Source of the DNA: Microthyrium microscopicum
Taxonomy: Eukaryota
Reading direction: 5' to 3'
Length of the DNA stretch: 64,000 bases
Assembly (NCBI GenBank): GCA_010405405.1
Contig: MU004231.1
Location: 4,328,884 to 4,392,883 of the forward strand
Shown here piece by piece: positions 12,185 to 24,198 of this stretch. A model generated the notes under the pieces. That model did not search any database. It was not told the DNA's origin and was given only the letters and a program-made list of their open reading frames with translations. The position numbers and the translations under genes were made by a program. Within the stretch, counting starts at the first letter, position 1. Each line of letters begins with the position of its first letter.

Positions 12185-15032
12185 ATGCGATTCCTAACCG
12201 CCGTAGCGGCACTACTTCCTGCGGCATTCGCTCTCTTCCCCGACGAAGCATATAAACTCGACTACCATCACGCCGCTCTTGGCCTTCCCCAACGTCATGC
12301 TACATTCTTTCACCAACCCCAGAGAGACTCCAAAGCGAGTCTTATATACACACTCTCGGAACTTGGCATACTAGGGGCCGTGAATCCTAAGGATGGCTCT
12401 CTAATATGGCGCCAAAATCTCAATCAACAGAATAACTCTACAAAGAGCTTTCTAGTCCCTAGTTCGACGTACGGTACTGTCGTTAGCGGATTGGAGACAC
12501 AAATTGCTGCTTGGAGCGCAAAAGATGGCCGGTTAGCTTGGAGCAAAGAACAAGCTGGCTTAGGGAACGTGGTTGATTTGAAGAGTCTGGAAGCTTTGGG
12601 GAATGGCGAAGTTGGACCAAGCAAAGATATAATAGCAACCCTCGATGGAGTGACTGCGACAGTTCAAAGGTTGGATGGTAATACTGGCGAAACAAAATGG
12701 CAATACACCGATAGCAGGTATGTTTTTGACGACATGATCCCTGATCCTGCTGACATTCTTTAGTTCAGATTCTCCTTACGGCGTTTCCATGTCCCGAACT
12801 CATCTATATTATATCTCGTTGCATGGCTCCATAATAGGATCGCCGAAACTCAAAGTCACGACTCTGGATCTTATCAGTGGTCAAAGACTGGACCAAATCA
12901 CGCTCAGTGTGGATTCGGACTTCACCTCAGTTGCCGACATCATTCATCTTGACGCTGTTGCACCTGCCCCTATCCTGGTTTGGGCGGATAAGGCTAGAAA
13001 GAACCTTAAAGTCAACATCTTGGGAACCAAGGCAGCACAATCTTTCCCAATCTCCAATGAGTCCAATGAAGTAATCGAAAATATTGTTGTTCATGCGGCT
13101 GACAAAATTGCTGCTCCTACGCATTTCTTAGTCATGTACGACGCAGAAGATGCACATTGGGGAGAGGTTTTCCATATTGACACCGGAAAGCTATCGATCA
13201 AGAAGGCCTACGATATCACCCGACTGGCTGGAAAAGGTGCCATCGCGACAAGTGTGGCAGATAATCAAATCTATTATACGAGAATCGCAAAGGGAGCATT
13301 CATTGTTCTTTCTTCGGAAAAGCCAGACGTTGTAGATCGATATGTCTTGGGCGAATTTGGAGTGAAGAGCAAGGACTGGCCTGCTCCAATTCTTGCACAT
13401 GGAGAAATCAACCAGCGACTCGGAAAGTATGCTGCTCGTGCAGTTGTTCTTCTTTCCTCTGGAGATTGGTTTCTCACGTTGAACGGGCTTCGCCAATGGA
13501 CCAGACATGAGGAGCTTAGTTACATCACATCCGCAACTTTTGCTGAATTGCCTAGAAAGCAGACACTAGTCCAGCAGCTTCGAGAGGAAAGCCACTCAAC
13601 AATTGTCGCCGCATATCTTCACCGAGTTAAACGTCATCTCGCAGCTCTCAAGAGTTTGCCCAACTATATTGAATCCATACCAGCTCAGATCCAAAATAGT
13701 TTGTTTGGAAACGGAACGACCTCCGGAGACAAGACTGACCCCTTTGGCCTACATCAACATGTCATTGTCACTACTGCCCATGGTCGTGTCATGGCTCTCG
13801 ATACCGCTGAGCAGGGAAAAATTGTATGGAGCGATAAAATCGCTGGGTTTACGGAAGGCGAAACCCCAGTTGTCACTGCTACACCTCATGGCATCATTCG
13901 CGTCAAAACAAACCTTGCACATGGTGTTTACGATACATTGACGGGAAATTTCCTTCGCAAAGGAAAGGATACAGTACCAAAGGTCGCTGGCACCACCAAT
14001 GTTACAACTGTACGAGTTCTTCCCCTACAAGATCGCGTAGCCGGCTTTGTAGGTGAGCCACCAGTCGTGCTCTGGACTTTTAACCCACCCGCCGGCTCCA
14101 CCATCCAAGAACTTACCTACCGCCCGGCTGTCGATCCTGTTTCCAACATTGCCGACGTCCTTGGCGACCGTCGCGTCCTCTACAAATACCTCAACCCCAA
14201 CATCGGTCTCGTCACCAGCATCAACCCAACCGCGCAAACCGCCACCTTCACCCTCCTCGACACCGTCTCCGGCGCCGTCCTCTACACCACCACCACACCC
14301 GCCGTCGACACCACCCAGCCTATCCCCACATTCCTCTCAGAGAACTGGTTCACCTACAGCTACACCCTCGCCGCCAGCAACGCCACCGCCGCGCGCGGCT
14401 ACGCCCTCGTCCTCACCAAACTCTACGAATCACCCCACCCCGACAACCGCGGGCCCCTCGGCACCGCCAAATCTTTCTCCTCCCTCCACGCAGCCACATC
14501 CGGCGCAGCACATCAACCATTCGTCATTGCACGAACATTCTTCGTCCCTGAACAAATCTCCCGTCTCTCATCAACACGCACACGCCATGGAATCACAACC
14601 CGTCTTCTCCTAGCCTACATGCCCAACTCGGGCGCTCTAACCGGCATCCCGCTCGCAGCCCTTGATCCACGCCGTCCAGCTGGTCGCGATCCCAGCAAAT
14701 TGGAGATGGAAGAGGGGCTGACGCGCTATGTGCCAAACCTCGAATTAGATCCGCACTGGACATTAAGCCATCGCCGTAACGTGCAAGGCGTCACAGAGCT
14801 ACTTACGCAGCCAGCGCGGTTAGAAAGCACAAGTATTGTGTTTGCGTACGGCTACGGAGGCGATGTGTTTGGCGTGCGAACAGCGCCGAGTGGGATATTT
14901 GATGCGTTGGGTAAGGAGTTTAACCGGGTGCAGATGATTGGCACGGTGGTCGTGTTGCTAGTACTCACATTTGTTGCTGTGCCTTTTGTTGGTCGCAAGG
15001 GCAATGATATGTTATGGGGAATGGGGCAATAG
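12185..15032 (+). CDS. EMC1: ER membrane protein complex subunit 1
   Basis: Signal peptide, ALFPDEAYKLDYHHA N-terminus, GAVNPKDGSLIWRQ PQQ-like repeat, VLGDRRVLYKYLNPN, LESTSIVFAYG, PSGIFDAL and C-terminal TM; intron ~12718-12762. Confidence 0.95.
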
Positions 15033-15328
15033 AGTAGATGTATAGATCTTGTTTTGAATGTTTCCCAGTAGCGCGAGATGTGTATAATAAAGTTTTAAAA
15101 TGTTCTTGATATGTGGTAGGGTCTTGGCAACTGGGTATCTACATTTATACAACGGAAACTAATAGACTTGATGTCTTTCTCTGCCCTTTTGATACAATTC
15201 CCAAGTAACGCCATGCAATAAATTCACCAGTTAGACACTAGTGATTATGGTAACAAGTCTCGTCGCTGCGTCATACCCGGTGTCCGGTTCGCTAAGGGAA
15301 CAAAACAAGTAATACAAGAGTGGAAAAT

Positions 15329-16984
15329 TTAGGAAACATATGCTGGGGGCGCCTCGACTTCGTCATCCCTGCGGTCGGTCGCTTTGCCTTTGGTGGAGTC
15401 GCTGGTTTCGGCGCGGAGACGCTCTTCGTCTACGCGGCGCTTTATTTCGCGGGCCATTTTGCGGAGCCAGGCTTGTTCTAGAATACCGCCAGAGGAACCT
15501 GGACCTTCGGGGCTGAAGGTCAGGCGGTCGGCGGAGAGGGAGCGGAGAAGAGGGATGCTTCCAGTTGACGTGGTCTTCAAATGGAGTGGCCGGCGGGGCT
15601 TTTCAGTAAAGGTTGGTTTCGTGAAGTCGTGAACGTCGGTATCAGGTGGAGTATATGCTGGTGGTGGTTGAGCGGTTTCTTCTGTCTCAACCTTTGGTAC
15701 GCGAGCTTTGGAGCCGGATGCGTGGACGGTTACTGGCGCTGTTGGGGATAGCTCAAAGTTGAGGCTGCGAGGAGACTTGGGGCCCTCTTCGCTGATGCTT
15801 TCGAGCATGACTGATGGGGCTGATGAAGGTGCGATTGTGGGCTCTGGGGTTGATGAATTGGTAATTGCATCATCTTCCTTGACAGCCTCGTCCTTCTTCT
15901 TGCGGAGATCGATCACACGGCGTTTGGGTTTGCGTTGACGGCCACCAGATCTTGAGTATGTGTAGGAGGAGGCAGTGGATAGAGTCGGGCGGGAGGCTTC
16001 TGATCCAGCACCGCTCACCATGCTGTATGTCGACGATCCAGATCCATATGCTGAGCTGGCACGTGATAGTATAGGAGCATGCGGTGTTTGGATACCGGAG
16101 CTACGGTCGCTAACAACAGCCCAGGCTCGGAATACCACCTCTCGAATAGATGGAGTAGCAAGTGCTAGAGTGCGTTGAGAATCATTCAGAGTAGAAAGAT
16201 GCTGAAGGCTCTTTTGAGAAAATGTAGCATGTGGCTCAGATCGATTATCCATGGATGTAGATGGTATCGAATCGTCGCCAAACACTGTTTCCAGCCAATC
16301 TACCGGTTCCTGGAGAGGACTAGCCAGTGGATCAATGGGGATAGTTTCGTCCTCTTTGCGTGGTATTATAGGATCTGAAGGGTCGCAATAATCCGGAGAC
16401 CAAAGACGAAGCGAAAGTCGATGTAAAATTGCAGGTAGATCTTCCATAAACAACACCCGTAATTGTTCCTCGATAACTCGTTGTAGATAATCGCGAACAA
16501 AAGGTATAGAGTCGAATGTTGACGAGACTTTTAATGATTCCAATGGATCGTTCCGGAAGACCAATGTCAGGCCCTTTTGTTTTGAAAATACCAAAATGAC
16601 GAAGCCGCTCAATCGAAACTCGGATAAGGTTATTTGAAGAGGTATTGTGAGTCCGCTAGCCGCTGCCAACGGTTGTGGTGATGCGAAATCTGGTCGTGTA
16701 GAGAGATAGGTATTGAGTGGATTTGCTTGCACCCGTGTTTTGAGAGTAAGAAAGGCATCGCCGCCATAACTCATTTTAAAGATTCCCCTAAATCTATCTT
16801 CTGCCAAATCGCCTATTTCCAGTATTTCGAGATCGGGTGGTTGTTTGCCTAGATTGAGTTCTGTAACGATGATGTCGTCAACGATGATCGGAGGCTTGGG
16901 CGATTTGTTTAGGGCGGTTGTGAGCATTTCGCGGGCGCGGACAGTGTCCGCTATCAGCGGAGACCAGTTGAAATTGAAAGCCAT
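15329..16984 (-). CDS. MDM34: ERMES complex subunit Mdm34
   Basis: MAFNFNWSP...[28 protein letters not shown]...[21 protein letters not shown] domain; C-terminal PPAY motifs. Confidence 0.96.
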   Translation of the reverse strand: MAFNFNWSPLIADTVRAREMLTTALNKSPKPPIIVDDIIVTELNLGKQPPDLEILEIGDLAEDRFRGIFKMSYGGDAFLTLKTRVQANPLNTYLSTRPDFASPQPLAAASGLTIPLQITLSEFRLSGFVILVFSKQKGLTLVFRNDPLESLKVSSTFDSIPFVRDYLQRVIEEQLRVLFMEDLPAILHRLSLRLWSPDYCDPSDPIIPRKEDETIPIDPLASPLQEPVDWLETVFGDDSIPSTSMDNRSEPHATFSQKSLQHLSTLNDSQRTLALATPSIREVVFRAWAVVSDRSSGIQTPHAPILSRASSAYGSGSSTYSMVSGAGSEASRPTLSTASSYTYSRSGGRQRKPKRRVIDLRKKKDEAVKEDDAITNSSTPEPTIAPSSAPSVMLESISEEGPKSPRSLNFELSPTAPVTVHASGSKARVPKVETEETAQPPPAYTPPDTDVHDFTKPTFTEKPRRPLHLKTTSTGSIPLLRSLSADRLTFSPEGPGSSGGILEQAWLRKMAREIKRRVDEERLRAETSDSTKGKATDRRDDEVEAPPAYVS

Positions 16985-18187
16985 ATCGTTTGCGTCTATT
17001 GATGAGATGTATAGGATGAAGGAGAGAAGATTGAGGAGAATCGGCGGAGGCCTTTCAGGAAAAGTTTTGGTAGAGGATCAGCATTCGTGAGCCGAGATGA
17101 CAACAACAAGGACATGGGAGGCCTGGTTGATTTGCATGGATGCGCGAAATGGGTGGTGAATTGTCGGCCAGTGGTTTAGGAGGAATTAATCAAAGGTGAT
17201 GGTGGAAGTTTATCAGAGTGATATTGGAGAAGGGGTTGACTGGGAAGACGCGGGTGACGGGAGGCAAGTGATGTTGATGTCTTGGTCTTGGTGTTGCTTG
17301 TGCTTGATTCTTGGAAGAGAAGGAAGCTTCGACCCTGTCGTCAGGAATTTTCGGAAATCGGAAGGAACGCCTCGTGGACAAATCGTTTAATCGACCAATC
17401 AATCGCCCTTCTTTTCTTTTGACTTCAAATTTTCAACCAACAACAACATCAGAATTTCCCAAACTACGTGATAGAACCATATGATGGGATATTTTGTTGT
17501 TCTGGTTATGCCAACATATTTTCGATATCATAACACCTTGGCGTTATCGCTATGCTCATGAAAGCACGTAGGTCATGGTTTTCCGGGGCAATGGGATTTC
17601 AGCCGGTACCATCCGATCCCCCACAAACGCTACAACTTCACTACTGCACTCCACAGCAAACCAGATGAAGATTCCGAGGTTTCTGCAACCCATCAAGCAG
17701 CAGCATAATCAGTCCTTGTACTCATTGGTCGCACGACGTAGGCGATGTCTCTTATCATTGCACGACTTTGATGCAGGTCCTGTATGATCACGATCTCACT
17801 GCCATTGCGTCTGAAAAATTCAGTCGAAAGAAAACGCGAGAATTCTAGTTGGCAATCTATTTCATTACGCCAACGACACAAGAGCTTGGTATTAGGCTGC
17901 AGTATTGCCCTTATCCCAGCCTTATAACTTGAGTTATAGGGACAACTCAACTCTTGGACGCGTCTGTCTAGGACCCACCCCTGCTGCTCCACAACTTCAC
18001 ATGAGATTTGTAGATCTTTCTAGAAGTGGTTCTGGCAAGACTGCTCATGTTTCATGCGGAATTCATTTCTGGCCTGGCCGTTTACAACGGACAGCTATCT
18101 ACAAGATGAAGAGCGCTTGACCTGAAGTTGTTCCCCGATGCCCACTCATTATAGAATATTACTGTCAATACTGAACTCTAACAATGG

Positions 18188-21100
18188 TCATCTCCACCGG
18201 CAACAATCATCGCAAGCCAGATAATTCTGGGCATTGGCTAGAGTCTTTGATCTCAGCAAATCTATGATCTCCTTGAATTCCCAATCCTTGGATAGGTCAA
18301 TGTCCTCAATGATGTTGTACTTTGAAAGTGGTCCCATTTCTAGAAGGTCTTCGGCATAGTCCAATGCAGTTTTCCATTCCGCATCCTTGACGTTGAGATC
18401 GATGTCATGATGCTCCACAAGAAGTCGAATAGCGTCAATGTAGCCTCCCTGCATCGCTCTGTGTAATGCAGTTCTTCTAGCCTCATTGGTATTCCTGAGG
18501 TTGACATTCACGCCTGCGTCTAAAAGCTCTCTAACGATGCTTATGTGGCCATGCTCAACAGCAAGGAACAAGGCTCTTCTACCCGAGGAATCAACACAAT
18601 CAAGTTGAGTACCAGGATGGCGTATTAGCATTGCTACAACCTCTAGCAAATTTTGACGGTCTTTATAGTGCGGCCTTGGTGTTGTGTTATGGATTGCACA
18701 AATGAGCATGTGCATGGTGTATCGGCCTCCATAATCAGATAGCGTAGCATTCACATCCGCTCCGGCATTGAGAAGGAACCTTACCATAACCTCACGTCCG
18801 TGATATACTGCCCACATCAGATTTGACAAGGGACTATGCCCTGACCTCGCATCAATTCGAGCACCGGCTCGAAGCAGAATATCAGCAATCGGGTAATTTT
18901 CCTTCTTGACAGCAAGTGCCAGAGCTTTTGGAGACCCTTCGGAGCCGCCGTTGACATCTACACCGTCCTGCTCGAGAATTGATGCGACTTGGTCGAGGTT
19001 TTCAAAGATTACTGCCCATTTAAGTGCATGTGCCCAAGACGCGCTTTTGTGAGAGACCATGATCTTTATCAGGTCTTGATCGCCTCGCTCCACAGCCAAT
19101 CCAAGTGGTGAGAGGTTCCCGTCGATACCGTCATGATAATGTTGGTCGACTCTTATGCGATCCAAGGTACACAGTTGGCGGACGATGGCTTTGTGCCTCA
19201 ATGCTACGGCATACCACAGAGCGCTGCTGCGCATGGCGTTACCATCATTGATCTGCTCCTCATTTTCGGCGTTTGGTGTCATGGCGAGCACTTCTGGCAT
19301 GGTCAGCATGTCGACAATGGATGTATGTCCACGTTCAGCTGCATACGACAGTAGAGTCCTGCGGTTTCTGTCGCAAATAAAGAGCTGGATGTCTCGTTCC
19401 GTCTCTAAGAAGTCTGTTATAATATCGGCATGCCCAAGCTCCGCAGCATATGATACAGGGGTCCGACCAAAGCTATCTACAGCATTGATGTCGCCGCCTG
19501 CATAGACCAACGAATTACTTATCAGCAGGTTCCCACTAATTGCTGCTAAATGTAGTGGTGTTTGGCCCCACCTGTCGCCGATATTCAGTGCTGGATTTGA
19601 CATCCCAATATTTGAAGAGATGCATTCCCAAATGTCACTGTCGTCAAAATCGTGCCTGCTACATGCCGCGAGACATAAGGGTGTTCTCCCTGCATTGTCA
19701 GTAGCAGCGAGATCGCCTACATTGCGCCTTAAAAGCATAGTAAATGTCCTCCAATCCCCGTCTAGTGCTGCTCGATGTAAAGGAGTTTGACCATTGTACC
19801 CTCGGAGCCTGCAAACGGGAAACTGACCTTCACCATGGTGATATATGCAGTTTCGGCAGTGTTGTGCTGAAGGCTGTCCATCAACAAATGTGAAGCCTTT
19901 CCGATGCACTGACGCATATCGATGTAAGATAGTGTATCCAGAAAGATCTTGCTTGTCCTCGCCAATGAGTTCGGGCCTGCTATCGACTATATCATTATTG
20001 CGTTCGTGTACGTACAAGTGATCGGATCTTTCAAAAAGTTGATCCAACGTTTGATATCTTCTCAATGACCATCCCAGGGCATCTGTGCCCCCCTTGAAGT
20101 CGAACGATTGCGCATATTCAGGTGGAGGTGGAAGTGGCCAGGGTATCGAGATCGCAGAGTTGACACTATCTGCTGAGACTGTAGTTGTATCTAAAGTAGT
20201 GACTCTGTGAAATTCCCAGAGACGACCTTGGACGCCAAAGATGTACTGTAAGGATTTTAAAGGCTCACGGAAAAATGCGAGACTGCATATATCTGCTCCA
20301 AGTTTGTGTGCGGCCGTGCGAACTTCATCATATCGATCAGGGGATGTTTGAAGTGGGTGCTCCGTCACTCGAATAAGGAATTCAAGTATCACGGCTACTG
20401 TCCTGAGAACTAAACGATCTTGACTTTGGCGTTGCTGAGCAATTTCAAGTAATTGCTGGTAACGATCGAACGCAGTTGGCCAATCCAGATCGCGCTCGAA
20501 CTGTAAGATCTTTTCAAGCCACGCATCCACGAAGATCTCGTCAGGTAGAATGCGGTAGTAACTCAGAGGCGGAATGAGGCAGAGAGAAATGTCTTCTGAA
20601 TTTCCGAGGCCCGCTGAAGTGAGCACCTGAATCAGATCGGAAAGCCGATTATTTTGTAAGTGTGGCATGGTAGATCTATTGATGTTGATAAGATCAAAAC
20701 AGCAGGTTTGGCTAGGCTCTTGCTTGCTATTGGACTCTAAAGTCCTGCCTTTCACTGAACCAGGCAGGGATGAAGCCAAGAGACCTGGTCTAAGGCGTGA
20801 AGCGATAGCCCATACAGCGGCAGAGAATACATGTAGGATAAGTTGTTGGCTTCTGGTACGACCAGGAACTATAATAAGCGATCTTTCCCCTGCAGGAGAT
20901 TAGTAAGAAGTCCTGAGCCAAGACATTCGATTCCCCTCTCACCTGCTTTATGGACTTGCTCTTTGGGCCCACAGAACCCTGATACTGGGCGTTGCGGGTA
21001 CGTGTTGGTGTGCATTGTACACCCTACTTCTCGTGTCTCGTAGCCTAATTCATTATTGCTCATCCACCAGTAGAGATCATTGAGAAGGCAATTGGAAGCT

Positions 21101-23413
21101 GGGCCAAGGGCTAGGTCATAAGATGAATTGCAAGCTGGAGGGCCGAGCCGGTTAAAGTTGGTAGACTCAGTTGGGGCCATTGAAGTCTGACTCCGTCGCT
21201 TAGCAGTTTGAACAGAGTTCATGGAATAGCTGGTGAGTGACAAAAGAGCTTCCAGTGGGGTAATATTGATGAAATAGGCCGACTTTTGGGCATTTCGAAC
21301 ACATTTTATCGTCAAAGGGATCATTTCCTCCGCCTTTTGTTTGGAAGTTTCATCGACAACGCCGAGCCACAACTTCTCTCCATCTTGGATACTCGGCTCC
21401 AAGATCTTCAGAACATGGTTGATTGCGTTTGTGAGTAAATGCGCGTCGTTGAAATGAGGTGTGTCCCATCTCGTCAGATTAGCCAACCTGATTCGTATGT
21501 CCATTGCACGGGCAACGCTGGAAGTGGAAAGATCCAGGTCAGAAATCTTCGCAGAAGCGTCTCCGTAGTGTGGTTCCTCTTTACTTAGGCAATGGGAGTT
21601 ATGAATGCCTATTCTAAGTTCAGCCTTGGAATGGGAATAGGTGCCGTCATCCGCGAAAGCCCCTTGATCGTTCGCAAGGGCGGAGGCAAGATAATCCAAC
21701 TCATACCCATCAGGAGCCCTTCGATCTACTGGCTGGGTAACCAACGAGCGGCGAACTGTCGCTCGAAGGATTGTAGTCAGAGACAGTGCAGTTAATTGCG
21801 CAATTGAACAGGTCCAGTTTGACAGACGTAGCCCTTCGAATTGAGCGATGAAACCAATTACACCAATGGCCACTGCAACAACAGTTAAAGTTTCTACTTT
21901 GAGCACTGTTCTTGCTCTAATTACTTTCTGTATCGATCGCTTGGGATTTTTTACACCCTGGAAAACCTTGCCCAGACGAGACAGCGGCGTATGCCGTTTT
22001 ATGGCATTCTCCGTGTCTGTGTACTTGTCGAGAAACCGTGATCGACGCGATTGTATGATAAGCTGGCGTTTCCTCGCGATCATAACAAACGATTCGAATT
22101 CTTGGTCTCCAGCAGTGTGTCTTCGCTGTATCCAGTAAAGGGTCATCTGAGGTGTCCATTCGGCCATCCCGTTCAGTGGTGGAATGATAGGACGCTTGAT
22201 AGGCGAGATTGCCTTGTGCTTGTCTTCACGGGTTTCGGCCTCATCTGGTGAAGGTTTGGCCATGATATTGTGACCTGTCGTGTCCTACAATACCTTAGCT
22301 TTAGTTTATACAAGAGACGTAGCGTACTGACGCACTTGACCCACTTGTTCTCTTCGGTGCTATAATCTATAATCCAGGCACATGTTATCAGGCCTAATGC
22401 TAATGTTATAGTACCAATGGTTTGTAGTAGGAACCCTACCACTGAGTTTGAGTCTCCTCCAAGGTTAAGGCTTCGTCCATGCTTGGAAAACGTTATGAAC
22501 CCGGCCCATATCAATACGATAACTTGTAGGAAAGCCCCTGTTGCGGCGAAACAAGCAAGCTCGCCGATACTACTCCCAGCATGACTGTTGAGCGATATGT
22601 TCGGGGGTAGAGATATATTTCTTTCATCCGGTTTCTCTTTTTTGGAATGTATCTTTCCTTCCAGGTCCAAAGGTGAGCTCAAAAGCCGCTTGGTCTTGCG
22701 AACTGAGAAGGGGCGCGTGACCATGGAAAGGAAGTCATCTGGATCAGTCGATCCTGCCAGCCGATTAGTCTCATTATCGTATCAGGTTGACTTCTTTGGC
22801 TACCTTCTAATTTTAGCTTGTGGCTTCGGCTCCATGACTCTGGATCCAAGGTCAAGAACGATTGAGGCGAGACATCACCTTCATGAGCCGGCATGTGAAT
22901 AACCATCTTGACGTCTGGGCGCCCAATAGTACGTACAATCGCCTTCCCATTCCAAAGTTCGCAAACCTCATGGGATACAGAGGACATCAGCTCCAGCTCT
23001 GCCTGAGCAACATTCTCTCTTGCTCGTCCAATAAGTGCTTTTAGCCAATTAGGACCACCAACCCGAATGGCACTGACAAGAGCAGTCAAGACACCAAGCG
23101 GTGCCATAGCAAACACTACATCGAAAAGTTAGCTGCCAACACGGGTTTAGCGTGGACATGTAGAGCGTACAGATATAGTCGTACACCGTGAACGACTCGG
23201 ACAGGAATTGTTGTGCAACCCTGTCACCGAACAGTGTCAATAGTCTGAAACTTGTCAGTAATCCATGCTGCCAATAATACACCATACCCCGGCTCACGGT
23301 GCGAGATCTGTGAAGAGATTGTTGCTGAAGTCATCTCCATCAGTGCCGGCGACTGCACAGCTGGCGAGAAAAACAATGCCAAGCTGAAAGTGAATGAATC
23401 GGCAAAACGCCAT
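18188..23413 (-). CDS. Large signal-peptide/transmembrane protein with C-terminal ankyrin repeats (~1600 aa, ~6 exons)
   Basis: ATG 23413 MAFCRFIHFQLGIVFLASCAVAG-TDGDDFSNNLFTDLAP; canonical introns (e.g. ~22755-22803, ~20891-20942) link the separate ORFs in frame; ~13-14 ankyrin repeats (GQTPLHRAA, GQTPLHLAA, GRRALFLAV, RRTALHRA). Confidence 0.85.
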
Positions 23414-24198
23414 TGCTGAGCTGCTTCTGTTCTGCTGCCTCGTGTTGTTAGTATTGTTCGTGGATCAATATCACGAGTTTTGTCGGAGTTTTTGTGCGTT
23501 CAGCTCGGATGCTTTTTGACTTGGGGTTGGGAACATGTTCGAGAACGAAGTTTAAAGTCTTGACTTGGAGCATGCTTGGGCATGATGATCTATATGAGAC
23601 TTACATTGAGACACAGGATGGATTCTCAGAGGTTACTTAGGTAGCAGCAAGTTAGCCGCCATATCATATCGATCGAACAACTAGTAACACGGTTGTACTG
23701 CAGGCAATATTTAGCATGGTAAGTCGTCTTGCGAGTCAAAAGTCATACAAAATTCCTGATCGGACTCGTTCGGGACTTACAACAGGGGGAAATCACTGGT
23801 CACCAGGTAGAGTCGTATTCGGGAGTTCTGTGCAACGAAAGTACGAGGGAGCCTTGGGTTGCTCGTAAATCGCCACACTTGTAGATCTTGCGTTGTTACA
23901 TATTGTTGCAAAGAAAGGATGTAGTCGAACATCGATTCAGTATCGCTATAATGTAGAGCTCAGGATGGGAAGTAAATGGTAAGAGAAACAGTATGGATCG
24001 TCCTGTTAGAAGAAGGGAGCGCTGCATGTCAAGGGGGCGGTAAAAGTTGATTTTTGAGAGCCTTTTGTATTATGGTATTGTCATTACGTTAATGGCCAGT
24101 TGCCAGTCCGCTAGTCATCGATCACGAATCGGGCAAGTCACTGAGCCAAAAAGACATACCTTGGAGGTGTACAGTAGAGTACGAATCGACCGCATATC

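Noticed and set aside
14053..14613. 186-aa Pro/Ser/Thr-rich alternative-frame ORF inside EMC1
   Set aside because: By-product of C-rich third codon positions in this part of EMC1
17190..18120. Short ORFs between MDM34 and the ankyrin gene
   Set aside because: No domain signal or consistent exon structure
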